Origin: a virus
Taxonomy: Duplodnaviria; Heunggongvirae; Uroviricota; Caudoviricetes
DNA: 64,000 nt
IMG/VR virus record: IMGVR_UViG_3300027770_000046
Strand: one strand, 5' to 3'
Shown: piece by piece, positions 1 through 8,710 of the stretch
How the letters are laid out: every line of letters begins with the position of its first letter
Numbering within the stretch: the first letter of the stretch is position 1
Notes under the pieces: generated by a model
What the model was told of the DNA's origin: nothing
The model's input: only the letters and a program-made list of their open reading frames with translations
Databases searched by the model: none
Position numbers and translations under genes: made by a program

Positions 1-188
1 TTTTTAATTGTTTACCTGATTGAGCCCACCAGTCTCTCTCAAACTTCCATTCGTTAGGTTCTGGATAGTGCTGCTTGTCTTTGTCTACTGATCCTGCTAG
101 GAGAGCATTCTTTTCACTCTCCATGTCACAGAATTTAATTACATCATCTATACCATATTTACTGATTAGATGGGTTAGTATATCACTG
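1..188 (-). CDS. hypothetical protein, truncated by the window edge (start codon inside the window)
   Basis: Minus-strand ATG at 186-188 (reverse complement of cat) opens a frame that stays open to position 1. Same orientation as its neighbours. It is absent from the ORF track because it has no stop inside the window. Confidence 0.3.
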
Positions 189-743
189 TTATACATATTG
201 TTTAATTTTATCAAGGTCTAATGATTCTTTATCTTCCAAAAATATTGTCCAAACTTCACTATTTTCATCTAATTGCATATCAATTTTTTCTTCCCAAAAC
301 TCTTTCAAGTCTTCTGTTTTATTAAATATACGATACTGAAGAGTAGTTTTAGTCTCAAAAGTATTTGTACTTATATAAACTCTCATTGTTTTTGGAAACA
401 GTGATTGGAATTTTTTAGAAGTTTGAGAATATTTACCTTCTTTAATTAGTTTGAAGTCTTTTTTATATGTAATATCTAGTTTGTAAACTACTACAACATA
501 TCCATCTTCATAATCATAATCATCTATAATAGCTTTTGTTCTTTCATACTCTTCTTCTAGAAAGTATCTAAACTTGTCTAAGTTTATTGGTTTAAATAAA
601 AGATAGATGGAGTTTTCATATTGAATCTCTCTTCTAATATCTTTACTAAAACCATTAATAAAGTTATTTTGTTTGAGTATATCTCTATCAATATTAAGTG
701 TGGGAACAAAAAAAATAGTTGTTATTGTTTTTTTAAATTCCAT
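189..743 (-). CDS. hypothetical protein (184 aa)
   Basis: Long ORF co-oriented and tightly packed with its neighbours. No motif I recognise. Confidence 0.5.
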   Translation of the reverse strand: MEFKKTITTIFFVPTLNIDRDILKQNNFINGFSKDIRREIQYENSIYLLFKPINLDKFRYFLEEEYERTKAIIDDYDYEDGYVVVVYKLDITYKKDFKLIKEGKYSQTSKKFQSLFPKTMRVYISTNTFETKTTLQYRIFNKTEDLKEFWEEKIDMQLDENSEVWTIFLEDKESLDLDKIKQYV

Positions 744-750
744 ATGTGTT

Positions 751-1794
751 TTACCCTAGTTTTACAATACCATTAGATAAATAGTTTTCTTGTGATATGT
801 TCCATTTGTCATTCTCTAAAGCCCATTTAAGATCTTCAATGAGTTGTTGAACACCTGGATATTCTCTTCCTTTGTGCTCAAATCCAGCACGAGCATCCAC
901 CATATTTATATCAGACATTGCATAAATCAGAGGATTCATATAGTTTGTGCTGTCACAGACAATAAACTTAGGATATAGTATTTTATAATCTCCATATCCC
1001 ATTTCACTAGCCCAAGACTCTGCAGCTTTATGATATAAAAATCCTTGAATGTAAGCTCTTCTATAAAGGTAATACTCATTGTAGAAGTTCTCTACAGACC
1101 ATGTACATTTAAGATCATACACTTGTACTTTCTTATTTGCGTGATCTACATGTACCAAATCCATCATGCTCTTAAACATATGACCAAACACTTCATATCC
1201 CTCAACTTGTAACTGATTGTGCACAGAATACTGTACATCATCTACTAAGTTTACAATGTCTGCTGTAACTGGATTAGTCTTTAACTCTGTTACAATCTTC
1301 TCAGCATTTGTAATGTCTTGTGTAGTTACTACTGTCAATCCTTTGCTTCTCACCTCTCTAATCTCTTTGTAATATACCTCAGCATCAGATCCTATAAACT
1401 TAGTCAACACAGCATCTAGTTTAATCTTAAACCCTGAATCTGTATATGCATCTTTAGCTAAGTCTTCAAAGGTTCTAGTTATCATACCATCTTCAGCTGT
1501 AGCTTCTGCAGTGTGCTTATATAAAGCTTCTACAAACTCTAGCATAAGACCAGTGGGTGTAGTCATGCATGTAGATAAATGAAATCTTTCATCAAAGAAC
1601 TGTGGTTCCATTAGTAATGTCTCCACCATTCTGCCCATTGTGGCAGCTTTACTGTCTTCATCCTCAACTACTTCGTTAAGTATATATTTCTTATGGTATT
1701 TTCTCCTGTCTGTGGAGAAATCCTTTAAACTAGAACTACTGTCTAGATAAATTGCTCTGTATTGAGCTTCTGTTTTTACTGTTCCTTGTATCAT
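751..1794 (-). CDS. PD-(D/E)XK nuclease, RecB/Cas4/lambda-exonuclease-like
   Basis: Motif ...VDHANKKVQVYDLKCT... fits the D...(D/E)xK catalytic core. It is followed by a QhxxY-like motif (AYIQGFLY) typical of RecB-family nucleases. 347 aa. Confidence 0.55.
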   Translation of the reverse strand: MIQGTVKTEAQYRAIYLDSSSSLKDFSTDRRKYHKKYILNEVVEDEDSKAATMGRMVETLLMEPQFFDERFHLSTCMTTPTGLMLEFVEALYKHTAEATAEDGMITRTFEDLAKDAYTDSGFKIKLDAVLTKFIGSDAEVYYKEIREVRSKGLTVVTTQDITNAEKIVTELKTNPVTADIVNLVDDVQYSVHNQLQVEGYEVFGHMFKSMMDLVHVDHANKKVQVYDLKCTWSVENFYNEYYLYRRAYIQGFLYHKAAESWASEMGYGDYKILYPKFIVCDSTNYMNPLIYAMSDINMVDARAGFEHKGREYPGVQQLIEDLKWALENDKWNISQENYLSNGIVKLG

Positions 1795-2081
1795 TTGTCT
1801 GTTTGTTTGTTTAAAAAATCCATGTTTCTTCTTGCATTTGCTGGTAATTTAGTTACTACATCAGGATCTGGAACCAAATCTTCTCCTGCAGTGGGATTAC
1901 CATATACAGAGAGATCATTTTGATCAACAGTTCTAAGCTGTCCTGTGTTATAAAACCTTACAATAAATTGAGGATTAGAATGAATACTACCTACAATCAT
2001 AAACAATGCCACACCATATCCTAATTGTTTAACTTCTACATCAAATGGATTTAGAATCTCGTGTACTGTTTGGACTATCAT
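1791..2081 (-). CDS. hypothetical protein
   Basis: ORF 1791-2117. An internal Met (MIVQTV...) at about 2081 reduces the overlap with the upstream gene. The ATGA-type 4 nt overlap with the 751-1794 gene suggests coupling. Confidence 0.4.
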   Translation of the reverse strand: MIVQTVHEILNPFDVEVKQLGYGVALFMIVGSIHSNPQFIVRFYNTGQLRTVDQNDLSVYGNPTAGEDLVPDPDVVTKLPANARRNMDFLNKQTDK

Positions 2082-2322
2082 GTCTGTTTTCTTTAAAGTC
2101 TTTAATAATTTGTTCACTCATGGATCTAATCTCCATTGGTACTTGTTTAAACCACCATCTTATCTCCATTTCATATTCACGTCCTTGTTCATCAAGTCCT
2201 CTAGGATTGATTAACCAAAACATGTATTCTGTTTCATTATATGTAACAGAGCCTTCATGCCATATCTCTGTAAAAGATGGCTGTCTGTTAATAGAAACTA
2301 CTACTTGTTCTTCACTACTCAT
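2041..2322 (-). CDS. hypothetical protein (93 aa)
   Basis: ORF in the same orientation with 4 nt overlaps to its neighbours. Confidence 0.4.
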   Translation of the reverse strand: MSSEEQVVVSINRQPSFTEIWHEGSVTYNETEYMFWLINPRGLDEQGREYEMEIRWWFKQVPMEIRSMSEQIIKDFKENRHDSPNSTRDSKSI

Positions 2323-2606
2323 TTTTCTGATATTTTAGTGGGTTCCCAAAGATAGGATAGCAAATGATATGGCTTATCCCCATACTTTGGCTCAGCAATA
2401 TACTGTCTGCCAACACATTTTGTTTTGAGTTCTTCTGGTGTAAGTATCATTGACTTACCTCTGTATTCAATTTCATAGTCTTCTTTCTTTTGAATACATT
2501 CTCTTACATTGTGATCTACTAGATCTGCATGCTTCTTGTTGTTAAGCTTGGTAATTGTCCTTTTCATGTTTATCTGCTTTTGTTTTTTTGTCATGGCATT
2601 TTTCAC
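2319..2606 (-). CDS. hypothetical protein (95 aa)
   Basis: ORF in operon orientation. Its N-terminal part overlaps the HNH gene, so the true start may be an internal Met. Confidence 0.35.
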   Translation of the reverse strand: MKNAMTKKQKQINMKRTITKLNNKKHADLVDHNVRECIQKKEDYEIEYRGKSMILTPEELKTKCVGRQYIAEPKYGDKPYHLLSYLWEPTKISEK

Positions 2607-2967
2607 ATAAGACTTGTAAGTTGTCTACCTCACAGAATAATCTCTCTACAAATCCTGGCAGGTCTTTTGAGCTTCTTAAGCTACCTGCAGCATTAATGTG
2701 GTCAACATTTATTTTCTTCTCTATGAACCAGTTTTTACATACATTGCATTGATACTCAAACTTTTGTCTCTTATTTGTGCCCTTGTACAATCTGCGTGCT
2801 TTAAGCTTGCATTCTGTAATAGGCTTCCAAAATCTAGACTTTTGTCTAAGTGCACTGCGTATAAAGCTCCAAAATGCTGACTCTGTCATGGTCCCATGGC
2901 ATCTTGTTTTACTGACTACCTTTTTAGGTATTTTAGAGATTCTCTTTGTTGCGTTCTTTTTTATCAT
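2542..2967 (-). CDS. HNH endonuclease
   Basis: C-terminal ...VDHINAAGSL...NLQVLCEKCHDKKT matches the HNH beta-beta-alpha-metal core (His, Asn, zinc-ligating Cys/His). Upstream CxxC/CxxxH pairs are also present. 141 aa, free-standing. Confidence 0.7.
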   Translation of the reverse strand: MIKKNATKRISKIPKKVVSKTRCHGTMTESAFWSFIRSALRQKSRFWKPITECKLKARRLYKGTNKRQKFEYQCNVCKNWFIEKKINVDHINAAGSLRSSKDLPGFVERLFCEVDNLQVLCEKCHDKKTKADKHEKDNYQA

Positions 2968-2979
2968 AATATATATAAT

Positions 2980-2999
2980 CCCAGGGTTTTATCCCTGGG
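2980..2999 (-). terminator. intrinsic-terminator-like hairpin downstream of the 3009-4487 gene
   Basis: Perfect 7 bp inverted repeat CCCAGGG-ttttat-CCCTGGG. It is followed on the minus strand by an A/T-rich run (attatatatat) and then the start of the next gene. Confidence 0.45.
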
Positions 3000-3008
3000 A
3001 CTACAAAT

Positions 3009-4487
3009 TTAATCAATTTCTACAATTCTTTTAGATATTTCTTGTTTTATTTCATCAAGACTCTTTACAATTGTATAAACTTCTACAGCAGATAGGGCAG
3101 GGAGATTGAAATCATACTTCTTACGCTCTTCTGTAAATCCTTCTTTAGCCTTCTCAGCTAAGTTATCTAATTCACGTACAGCATAACTCTCATCAAGCTC
3201 TAGTGTATCAAAGTCTAGGTCATGTAAAATCTCTGTTGCTTCATCTGTAGGAACAGTCATAATTGGTAAATACTCATAACATCTACCCTTAGACTCACCA
3301 ATACCTACTACCTTCATTGGGTTAATAAGTACGAGAACGCTTGTATCTCCACATCCTACATAATGAATCTCATCACTAGTAAAATGTAAGCCTGCAGAAC
3401 CACAATCATCAGTATTCCATCTACATTTCTCCATAGGCATACTCACTGGTCTACCAATTCTGATGTCAAATGTCTTTGTATAAGCATCTGTAAATCTATT
3501 CTCTGCTCTATTAGGAAGATCAAGATAAAGCTCAGTTAAGTCACCTATATGTTCACCATATTGACTCTCTTCATGTTTAAAGATGGTACCTGAACCAGAA
3601 CATTCTGGACATTCACCACTATAATCATATTCATCTTCACCATCACATTCACTTTCAGGAATAGATCCTGAACCATCACAGTAGATACATGGCTCTAGTT
3701 CATCAAATATAGATTTAGCAACTAGTTTATATTCTCCATTCTTTAAATACACTAAATAATCAGATGGATTCTTCTTCCACACAGCTTTCACTTTATTGTA
3801 TGCATTGCTTACAAATTGTACAAGCTCTGTACCCCCATGTAATGTAACTACGTTTCTCAAAGCTACAAAGAAGCCCTGTTTAGTGATGCTAAAGCTATTC
3901 TTCTTCAAGAAGTTAAACAACTTGTCTGCAACCTCAGCTCTTGGATTTAAGCAGCACCACATAAAGAATCTATGCAAAGCATTGAATTCATCATTCTTTG
4001 TACCACCATGTTTACCTACCACTTCTAAGAATTCTTCTACTAGTAATGGAGGAAGACTTCTACTAATACCTTTTAAATATAAAGCGTTATTCTTCATCTC
4101 AAATTCCTCAAGGGTAGCTAAGAATTCAGCACCTCGTTGGATGGCCTTAGCTTTCTCATAAGCAGCTTCAGCTTTTCTTCTTTCATCTTTTACTTCCTGT
4201 GTGCTTACAAGATCAAATAGACATGCTTCTGATCTACAGTCTCTAGCAGCATTGAAATCTTCTGATGTTGCTGGAGATTTGGTAATAATATTACCATCAT
4301 TCATTACAATAGTCAATGTATCATTAACCATTTTAATGTTGAGATATGGCTTTTCACCTTGAATAGGAGAAGGGGCTGTCTGCCCCTCCTCATTATCCAA
4401 TTGAATAAAAGCCTGCTCAATTTTGTTTTCTACTACTTTCTCAATTGTGCGTTCAATAGCACTTTTAAACCATTTCAAGCTTAACAT
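3009..4487 (-). CDS. DnaJ-type (CxxCxGxG) zinc-finger protein, function unknown
   Basis: Two canonical DnaJ cysteine-rich-domain repeats, CIYCDGSG and CPECSGSG, separated by an acidic linker. Extra Cys/His clusters (CRWNTDDCG, HYVGCGD). 492 aa. Lies immediately downstream of the GHKL ATPase gene. Confidence 0.5.
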   Translation of the reverse strand: MLSLKWFKSAIERTIEKVVENKIEQAFIQLDNEEGQTAPSPIQGEKPYLNIKMVNDTLTIVMNDGNIITKSPATSEDFNAARDCRSEACLFDLVSTQEVKDERRKAEAAYEKAKAIQRGAEFLATLEEFEMKNNALYLKGISRSLPPLLVEEFLEVVGKHGGTKNDEFNALHRFFMWCCLNPRAEVADKLFNFLKKNSFSITKQGFFVALRNVVTLHGGTELVQFVSNAYNKVKAVWKKNPSDYLVYLKNGEYKLVAKSIFDELEPCIYCDGSGSIPESECDGEDEYDYSGECPECSGSGTIFKHEESQYGEHIGDLTELYLDLPNRAENRFTDAYTKTFDIRIGRPVSMPMEKCRWNTDDCGSAGLHFTSDEIHYVGCGDTSVLVLINPMKVVGIGESKGRCYEYLPIMTVPTDEATEILHDLDFDTLELDESYAVRELDNLAEKAKEGFTEERKKYDFNLPALSAVEVYTIVKSLDEIKQEISKRIVEID

Positions 4488-4498
4488 GTTTTGCTTTT

Positions 4499-6853
4499 TT
4501 AAATTGTTTGTAATTCTTCAATTGTGTCTTGTGTTAACACCTCCTCTAAAGGGGCATCTTCTGTTAGTGTAATTTTATAATGCTCTAGATTCACTCTATG
4601 CTTATGATATTTGAATAAATCAACTATGGCTACCATCATAGCAGAATCCTTTCTAGAATTGCTATAACCCATTGTATCTAATATAGCATCTAAGAACTTT
4701 AGCTTGGTAAACACTTCATTAACCTGCTTGTACACTAAATATGTAGGTTGGTCAAATAAATTGTTTGCTATAGCATGTTCTACAACTGCTTTTTTAGTGT
4801 TATCATCAGCGTAACTTCTGTATTGGCTATTATGATATTCCCACAATGTTTGTAATTTATCTGCTAGATCAACAGATATATCTCTAACTGTACTGATTCT
4901 CTTAAATGTAGCACTATATTTTTCAATCAAATCACTGATTATGAACTCTGTAGCTACTGTTTTAAATGGTCTATTTTTACCTTCCATAAATTTATCTAAT
5001 GTTATCCAGTTATGTAAATCAGCTTTCTGTAAGTTGTCATATGTAGCTTGGGCTACTATTACAAATGTTGCATGTTTATTAAAACAAGACCAAACATTAT
5101 CCATTGTCTTCTTATCAGCCTCTCTAGCATACACATGTAACTCATTTAATTTATGGATGTTTTCCATTTTAAATGTTTTAGGAACAAACTTAGCATATTG
5201 ATCAGATAAATTCACTTCTGTTTTTGTACCCACTTTACCAGAAAATTCACCTTTCAATCTAATTTTCTTAGGACCTTTCACTGCTGCTGTTGCTATGGTT
5301 ACTTTCATTCTCTTAGCTTTCTGAGCATCTTTGAATGATTGTGGTATTTCAATAGCATCTGCATCTATAAAGTCTTTAGAATATAGACCTATTACATATT
5401 GAAACTCTTGGATAAGTTGTCTCCATTGAGTTCTTGGATAGCTACTAAGATCTAAAACAGAATCATAATACTTAGCATAATCTGTTTGACCAGTTTTATT
5501 CCTAAGTTTAAATGGTGTTTTCTTTACAAAATATATATGTTTATTATCTGGTAAAATAGTTCTTAGATAATCTTGTTTACCTTTAGAAAGCTCATTCTCA
5601 TAAATATATACACCACCAAAGTTATAACCTGTTAAGTCTGACATTCTTAAATACTGATGATAGTAACTTTTCATGTTCTGAAACTTACCAGTAAATCTAT
5701 ATTTAAACTTGTATTCAGCCAGGATATACTCTTTTGATTTTACAGCAAGTCTTTCTAAGTTCAACAACTTTATGTTATCTAGTTTAGGCTGTGCTACAGC
5801 TACAGTAGAATGTTGTACAAGATCATCTATACAAACATCTTCATCTGCACCTTTGTACCAGGATTTGATATGCTTACTATTTTGACCATAGAATTCCATA
5901 ATAGCTTTGATATCACTTTGTGTAGTGATGGCATCATTGAACTTATCCATAAACACATTAGCCACTGTAACTATCTTCTTTAGAATAGTTTCCTTAGCTT
6001 CTTTAGTATATCTAATAGCCTCTCTGTTTGGTGTAGGAAATAATCCATCACTAAGACTAAAGCGTAAAGCCATCTTTATATGTATCCTATCAATGCCAAG
6101 TTTTTCCCAGTCAATAGGATAACTAACATTGTCTAGACACAAATGCATATCATTATTCATAGCTATTTGAGAATATTGAAAATGTTCAGCTCTATGTATT
6201 ATAAAATCATTAGGAACATTATAGCTACCCATTGGTTCTACATCAAAATAAACACTGTCAAAATAAGCTAATTGCTCTTTAATCTTGCTGTGAAATGAAT
6301 ATCTATCAGACCAATCCACTGGAACAATAACTTTTACACCATTGCTTTCTTTAGTTGATTGCTCATACAAAAGATCAATACTGTTTGTATCTTCTCCTTC
6401 ATACATCATGTATTTACGCTCTATACCATCTTTTCTACATACAAAGTAGAAACTAGAGCTATATGCTAATGGAGCCTTGAAACCAAGACCCATCATACCT
6501 AATTCTGTATTGCTATCACGCTTGGTTGATTTACCATACTTACTAATGATGTTACGTACATCATCTGCATCTAGGCCAATACCAAAGTCTTCAACAGCAA
6601 ACTCATATGTATCTGCCTTATCGTTTCTCTTAAATGAAACAATGATAGGCTTGTCACTCCCAGCTCTTCTATGACTATCTAGTGCATTAGATGCACATTC
6701 TCTGACAGTAGAGCCTATTGAATCTGAATATAGATTCTTACTTAACATCTGCATCAGGACCTGAGCAGAATCTAAGTCTAGTGACATTTTCACAGTTTCC
6801 TGTGTACTTCCTTCTTCGAGGATGTGTGATTCTGTTTGTTTTTCTAAAATCAT
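4499..6853 (-). CDS. Hsp90/HtpG-like GHKL (Bergerat-fold) ATPase domain protein (784 aa)
   Basis: N-terminal block ...LYSDSIGSTVRECASNALDS... aligns to the Hsp90 N-box (..[21 protein letters not shown]..). G1 box VEDFGIGLD (DxGxG) and G2 box GMMGLGFKA (GxxGxGF) are present. I found no toprim or transducer motif, so it is not a type II topoisomerase. Confidence 0.7.
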   Translation of the reverse strand: MILEKQTESHILEEGSTQETVKMSLDLDSAQVLMQMLSKNLYSDSIGSTVRECASNALDSHRRAGSDKPIIVSFKRNDKADTYEFAVEDFGIGLDADDVRNIISKYGKSTKRDSNTELGMMGLGFKAPLAYSSSFYFVCRKDGIERKYMMYEGEDTNSIDLLYEQSTKESNGVKVIVPVDWSDRYSFHSKIKEQLAYFDSVYFDVEPMGSYNVPNDFIIHRAEHFQYSQIAMNNDMHLCLDNVSYPIDWEKLGIDRIHIKMALRFSLSDGLFPTPNREAIRYTKEAKETILKKIVTVANVFMDKFNDAITTQSDIKAIMEFYGQNSKHIKSWYKGADEDVCIDDLVQHSTVAVAQPKLDNIKLLNLERLAVKSKEYILAEYKFKYRFTGKFQNMKSYYHQYLRMSDLTGYNFGGVYIYENELSKGKQDYLRTILPDNKHIYFVKKTPFKLRNKTGQTDYAKYYDSVLDLSSYPRTQWRQLIQEFQYVIGLYSKDFIDADAIEIPQSFKDAQKAKRMKVTIATAAVKGPKKIRLKGEFSGKVGTKTEVNLSDQYAKFVPKTFKMENIHKLNELHVYAREADKKTMDNVWSCFNKHATFVIVAQATYDNLQKADLHNWITLDKFMEGKNRPFKTVATEFIISDLIEKYSATFKRISTVRDISVDLADKLQTLWEYHNSQYRSYADDNTKKAVVEHAIANNLFDQPTYLVYKQVNEVFTKLKFLDAILDTMGYSNSRKDSAMMVAIVDLFKYHKHRVNLEHYKITLTEDAPLEEVLTQDTIEELQTI

Positions 6854-6857
6854 TGTG

Positions 6858-7220
6858 TTAGTAGTTTACTATAATGTTAAATTCTCTTAACACTTCTTTA
6901 TCTGTTAAAAGTCTTTCTATAGTTTCTTGGTCTGTAATGTTTTCTCTGTTTAATTTAAGAATTCTTGTAGCACTTGGGCTATTAACAAAGCTTTTGCTCA
7001 TTTGAGAAATTGTAAGTGGTTTCATTGGTTTATCACCTTTCCAGTTCTTTAACTTTTCTTCATGCCAATCTCTAGCTGCTGTAGCAGAACCAGGCCAAAG
7101 ATATTGAACTGTTCCTCCTTGTCCTCTTCCAATATAAATACCAATACTCATGTAGCTACTACTAGCCACTGCTATTAAATCTCCTTTGTGGATATCTCCA
7201 CCATGTAATACTGTATACAT
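6858..7220 (-). CDS. hypothetical protein (120 aa)
   Basis: ORF in operon orientation. Confidence 0.5.
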   Translation of the reverse strand: MYTVLHGGDIHKGDLIAVASSSYMSIGIYIGRGQGGTVQYLWPGSATAARDWHEEKLKNWKGDKPMKPLTISQMSKSFVNSPSATRILKLNRENITDQETIERLLTDKEVLREFNIIVNY

Positions 7221-7230
7221 AATTGTGTTT

Positions 7231-7947
7231 TTAAAAGGGTGTGTCTAACATCCAATCTATCTGTAGATTGTTGTTTTCCTTTAATATTTTGTTAATTTTT
7301 GTAAATGTTCCTTCTGTGTCCCATTCAGTTTGTTTATAAGACGCACTGGCTGGATGACTCAATGTGAAATGCCATGTAAATGGTGCCACATATTTCTCAT
7401 ATTTAGAAGCATCTTTACCTAGAAACAATATAGGTGTTCCTGTTGGTGCTAAGACTTCCTCAAATAGATATTTAGTAAATGGTTCCCACAAATCAATGTG
7501 AGAGCCTGCTTTATTAATCTCTGTAGTGAGAGCAGCGTTGTACATCAATACACCTTGTTGTGCCAAGAAAGATACATCTGCTGGTCTTTCACATGTCACG
7601 CATAATCCATTGTGTATCTCTTTTTCAACACCATCATAAAACTTTATTAGAGAAGGTTGTAATATGCCTGTTGTAGAACAGCCCATCAATAGGCCATCTG
7701 CTACATACTGTCCATTCTTTATAGAATGATATGGACACATGCCCACCATAACCAACTTCAGGTCATCATATGATGTCTCAGAGAAGCATCTATAAACATT
7801 CTGAGAGAGAGGAGCAATCTTCTTGCCCCTCTGACTTTCAGCTTTGAGATATTTATAGATGTTATCACATGCTTCGCTTTCAATAAAAGGCTGCATAAAT
7901 CTATGCCAAGAAGGATGAAAATGATCTTTAAATTTCTCCCAATTCAT
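7231..7947 (-). CDS. uracil-DNA glycosylase (family 1-like)
   Basis: VMVGMCPYHS matches the UDG water-activating motif GQDPYH. LMYNAALTTE matches LLLNxxLTV. The C-terminal SHPASASY matches HPSPLSA. The annotated ORF extends to 8022, but a Met at 7945-7947 sits 1 nt after the upstream gene's stop and is the more likely start. Confidence 0.65.
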   Translation of the reverse strand: MNWEKFKDHFHPSWHRFMQPFIESEACDNIYKYLKAESQRGKKIAPLSQNVYRCFSETSYDDLKLVMVGMCPYHSIKNGQYVADGLLMGCSTTGILQPSLIKFYDGVEKEIHNGLCVTCERPADVSFLAQQGVLMYNAALTTEINKAGSHIDLWEPFTKYLFEEVLAPTGTPILFLGKDASKYEKYVAPFTWHFTLSHPASASYKQTEWDTEGTFTKINKILKENNNLQIDWMLDTPF

Positions 7948-7948
7948 G

Positions 7949-8710
7949 TTAAAATATTGATAATTGACTAAATGTTGCTTCTTCTGCTTCCCATGGAGCT
8001 GATTGATCATATACATAATCATTGAAGAACTTATGTGCTTTGATGTGACTCTCCATCCATTGAGAAGGATGAGTTTCTTTCATAGCAAATGTTGTATAAT
8101 TGTACAACTCCCATAAGCTATCTTTAGCATTATAATCATGTGTAGGAGCTTTTAACTCTTTACCAATTATGCTTAATTGTGTAGATGTAATGAAATGTTC
8201 TTCTAGCATCATTCTACCAACTAACTCAGCTTTGGTACGCTTAGTTATTTGCACTTGTTTCATTTGTTCTCTTTGCTTTTGCATAGTAGTAAATGCTTCA
8301 CCTGCACCTTTGATGTAATCAACGATGGCACCTGGTGTAAAGTCTTGTATGTCACCTTTATGTCTTTTCTTAAAGGCACCAAAGTCTCCTGATACACAAC
8401 CATTAGAGCATATCATAATTCTTGTACCAATAGCAAACTTCAAGCTCATACTTCTGTCATAGCTATTCTGCCAACCAATTTGCAACTGCATCTCGCTGTC
8501 TGCAACATTGCTGATAGAAAATCTACCATTAGCAACATTACCATCTCTAGCTGCAGAATAAGTTTCTTTGTCTAGGATAAATCCTGCTTTCTCAATACTG
8601 TTTAGTGTAAGGTCAATCAATGATGAATGACTCACTGGCTTATATGTACGTGTTTGTACAGGAACTGATGCATTTATAATCAATTCCTTTGTGGTGTTAA
8701 ATGTGTCCAT
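7949..8710 (-). CDS. hypothetical protein (253 aa)
   Basis: ORF in operon orientation with a 1 nt overlap to the primase-like gene. Confidence 0.5.
   Translation of the reverse strand: MDTFNTTKELIINASVPVQTRTYKPVSHSSLIDLTLNSIEKAGFILDKETYSAARDGNVANGRFSISNVADSEMQLQIGWQNSYDRSMSLKFAIGTRIMICSNGCVSGDFGAFKKRHKGDIQDFTPGAIVDYIKGAGEAFTTMQKQREQMKQVQITKRTKAELVGRMMLEEHFITSTQLSIIGKELKAPTHDYNAKDSLWELYNYTTFAMKETHPSQWMESHIKAHKFFNDYVYDQSAPWEAEEATFSQLSIF

Noticed and set aside
4499-6853. Type II topoisomerase (GyrB/T4 gp39-like) interpretation of the GHKL ATPase
   Set aside because: The N-box carries the Hsp90/MutL-type S-N-A with preceding YS and RE residues rather than the GyrB EVVDNAVDE pattern. I found no toprim (E...DxD) or GyrB transducer motifs in the remaining 550 residues. 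There is no GyrA-like partner gene in the window.
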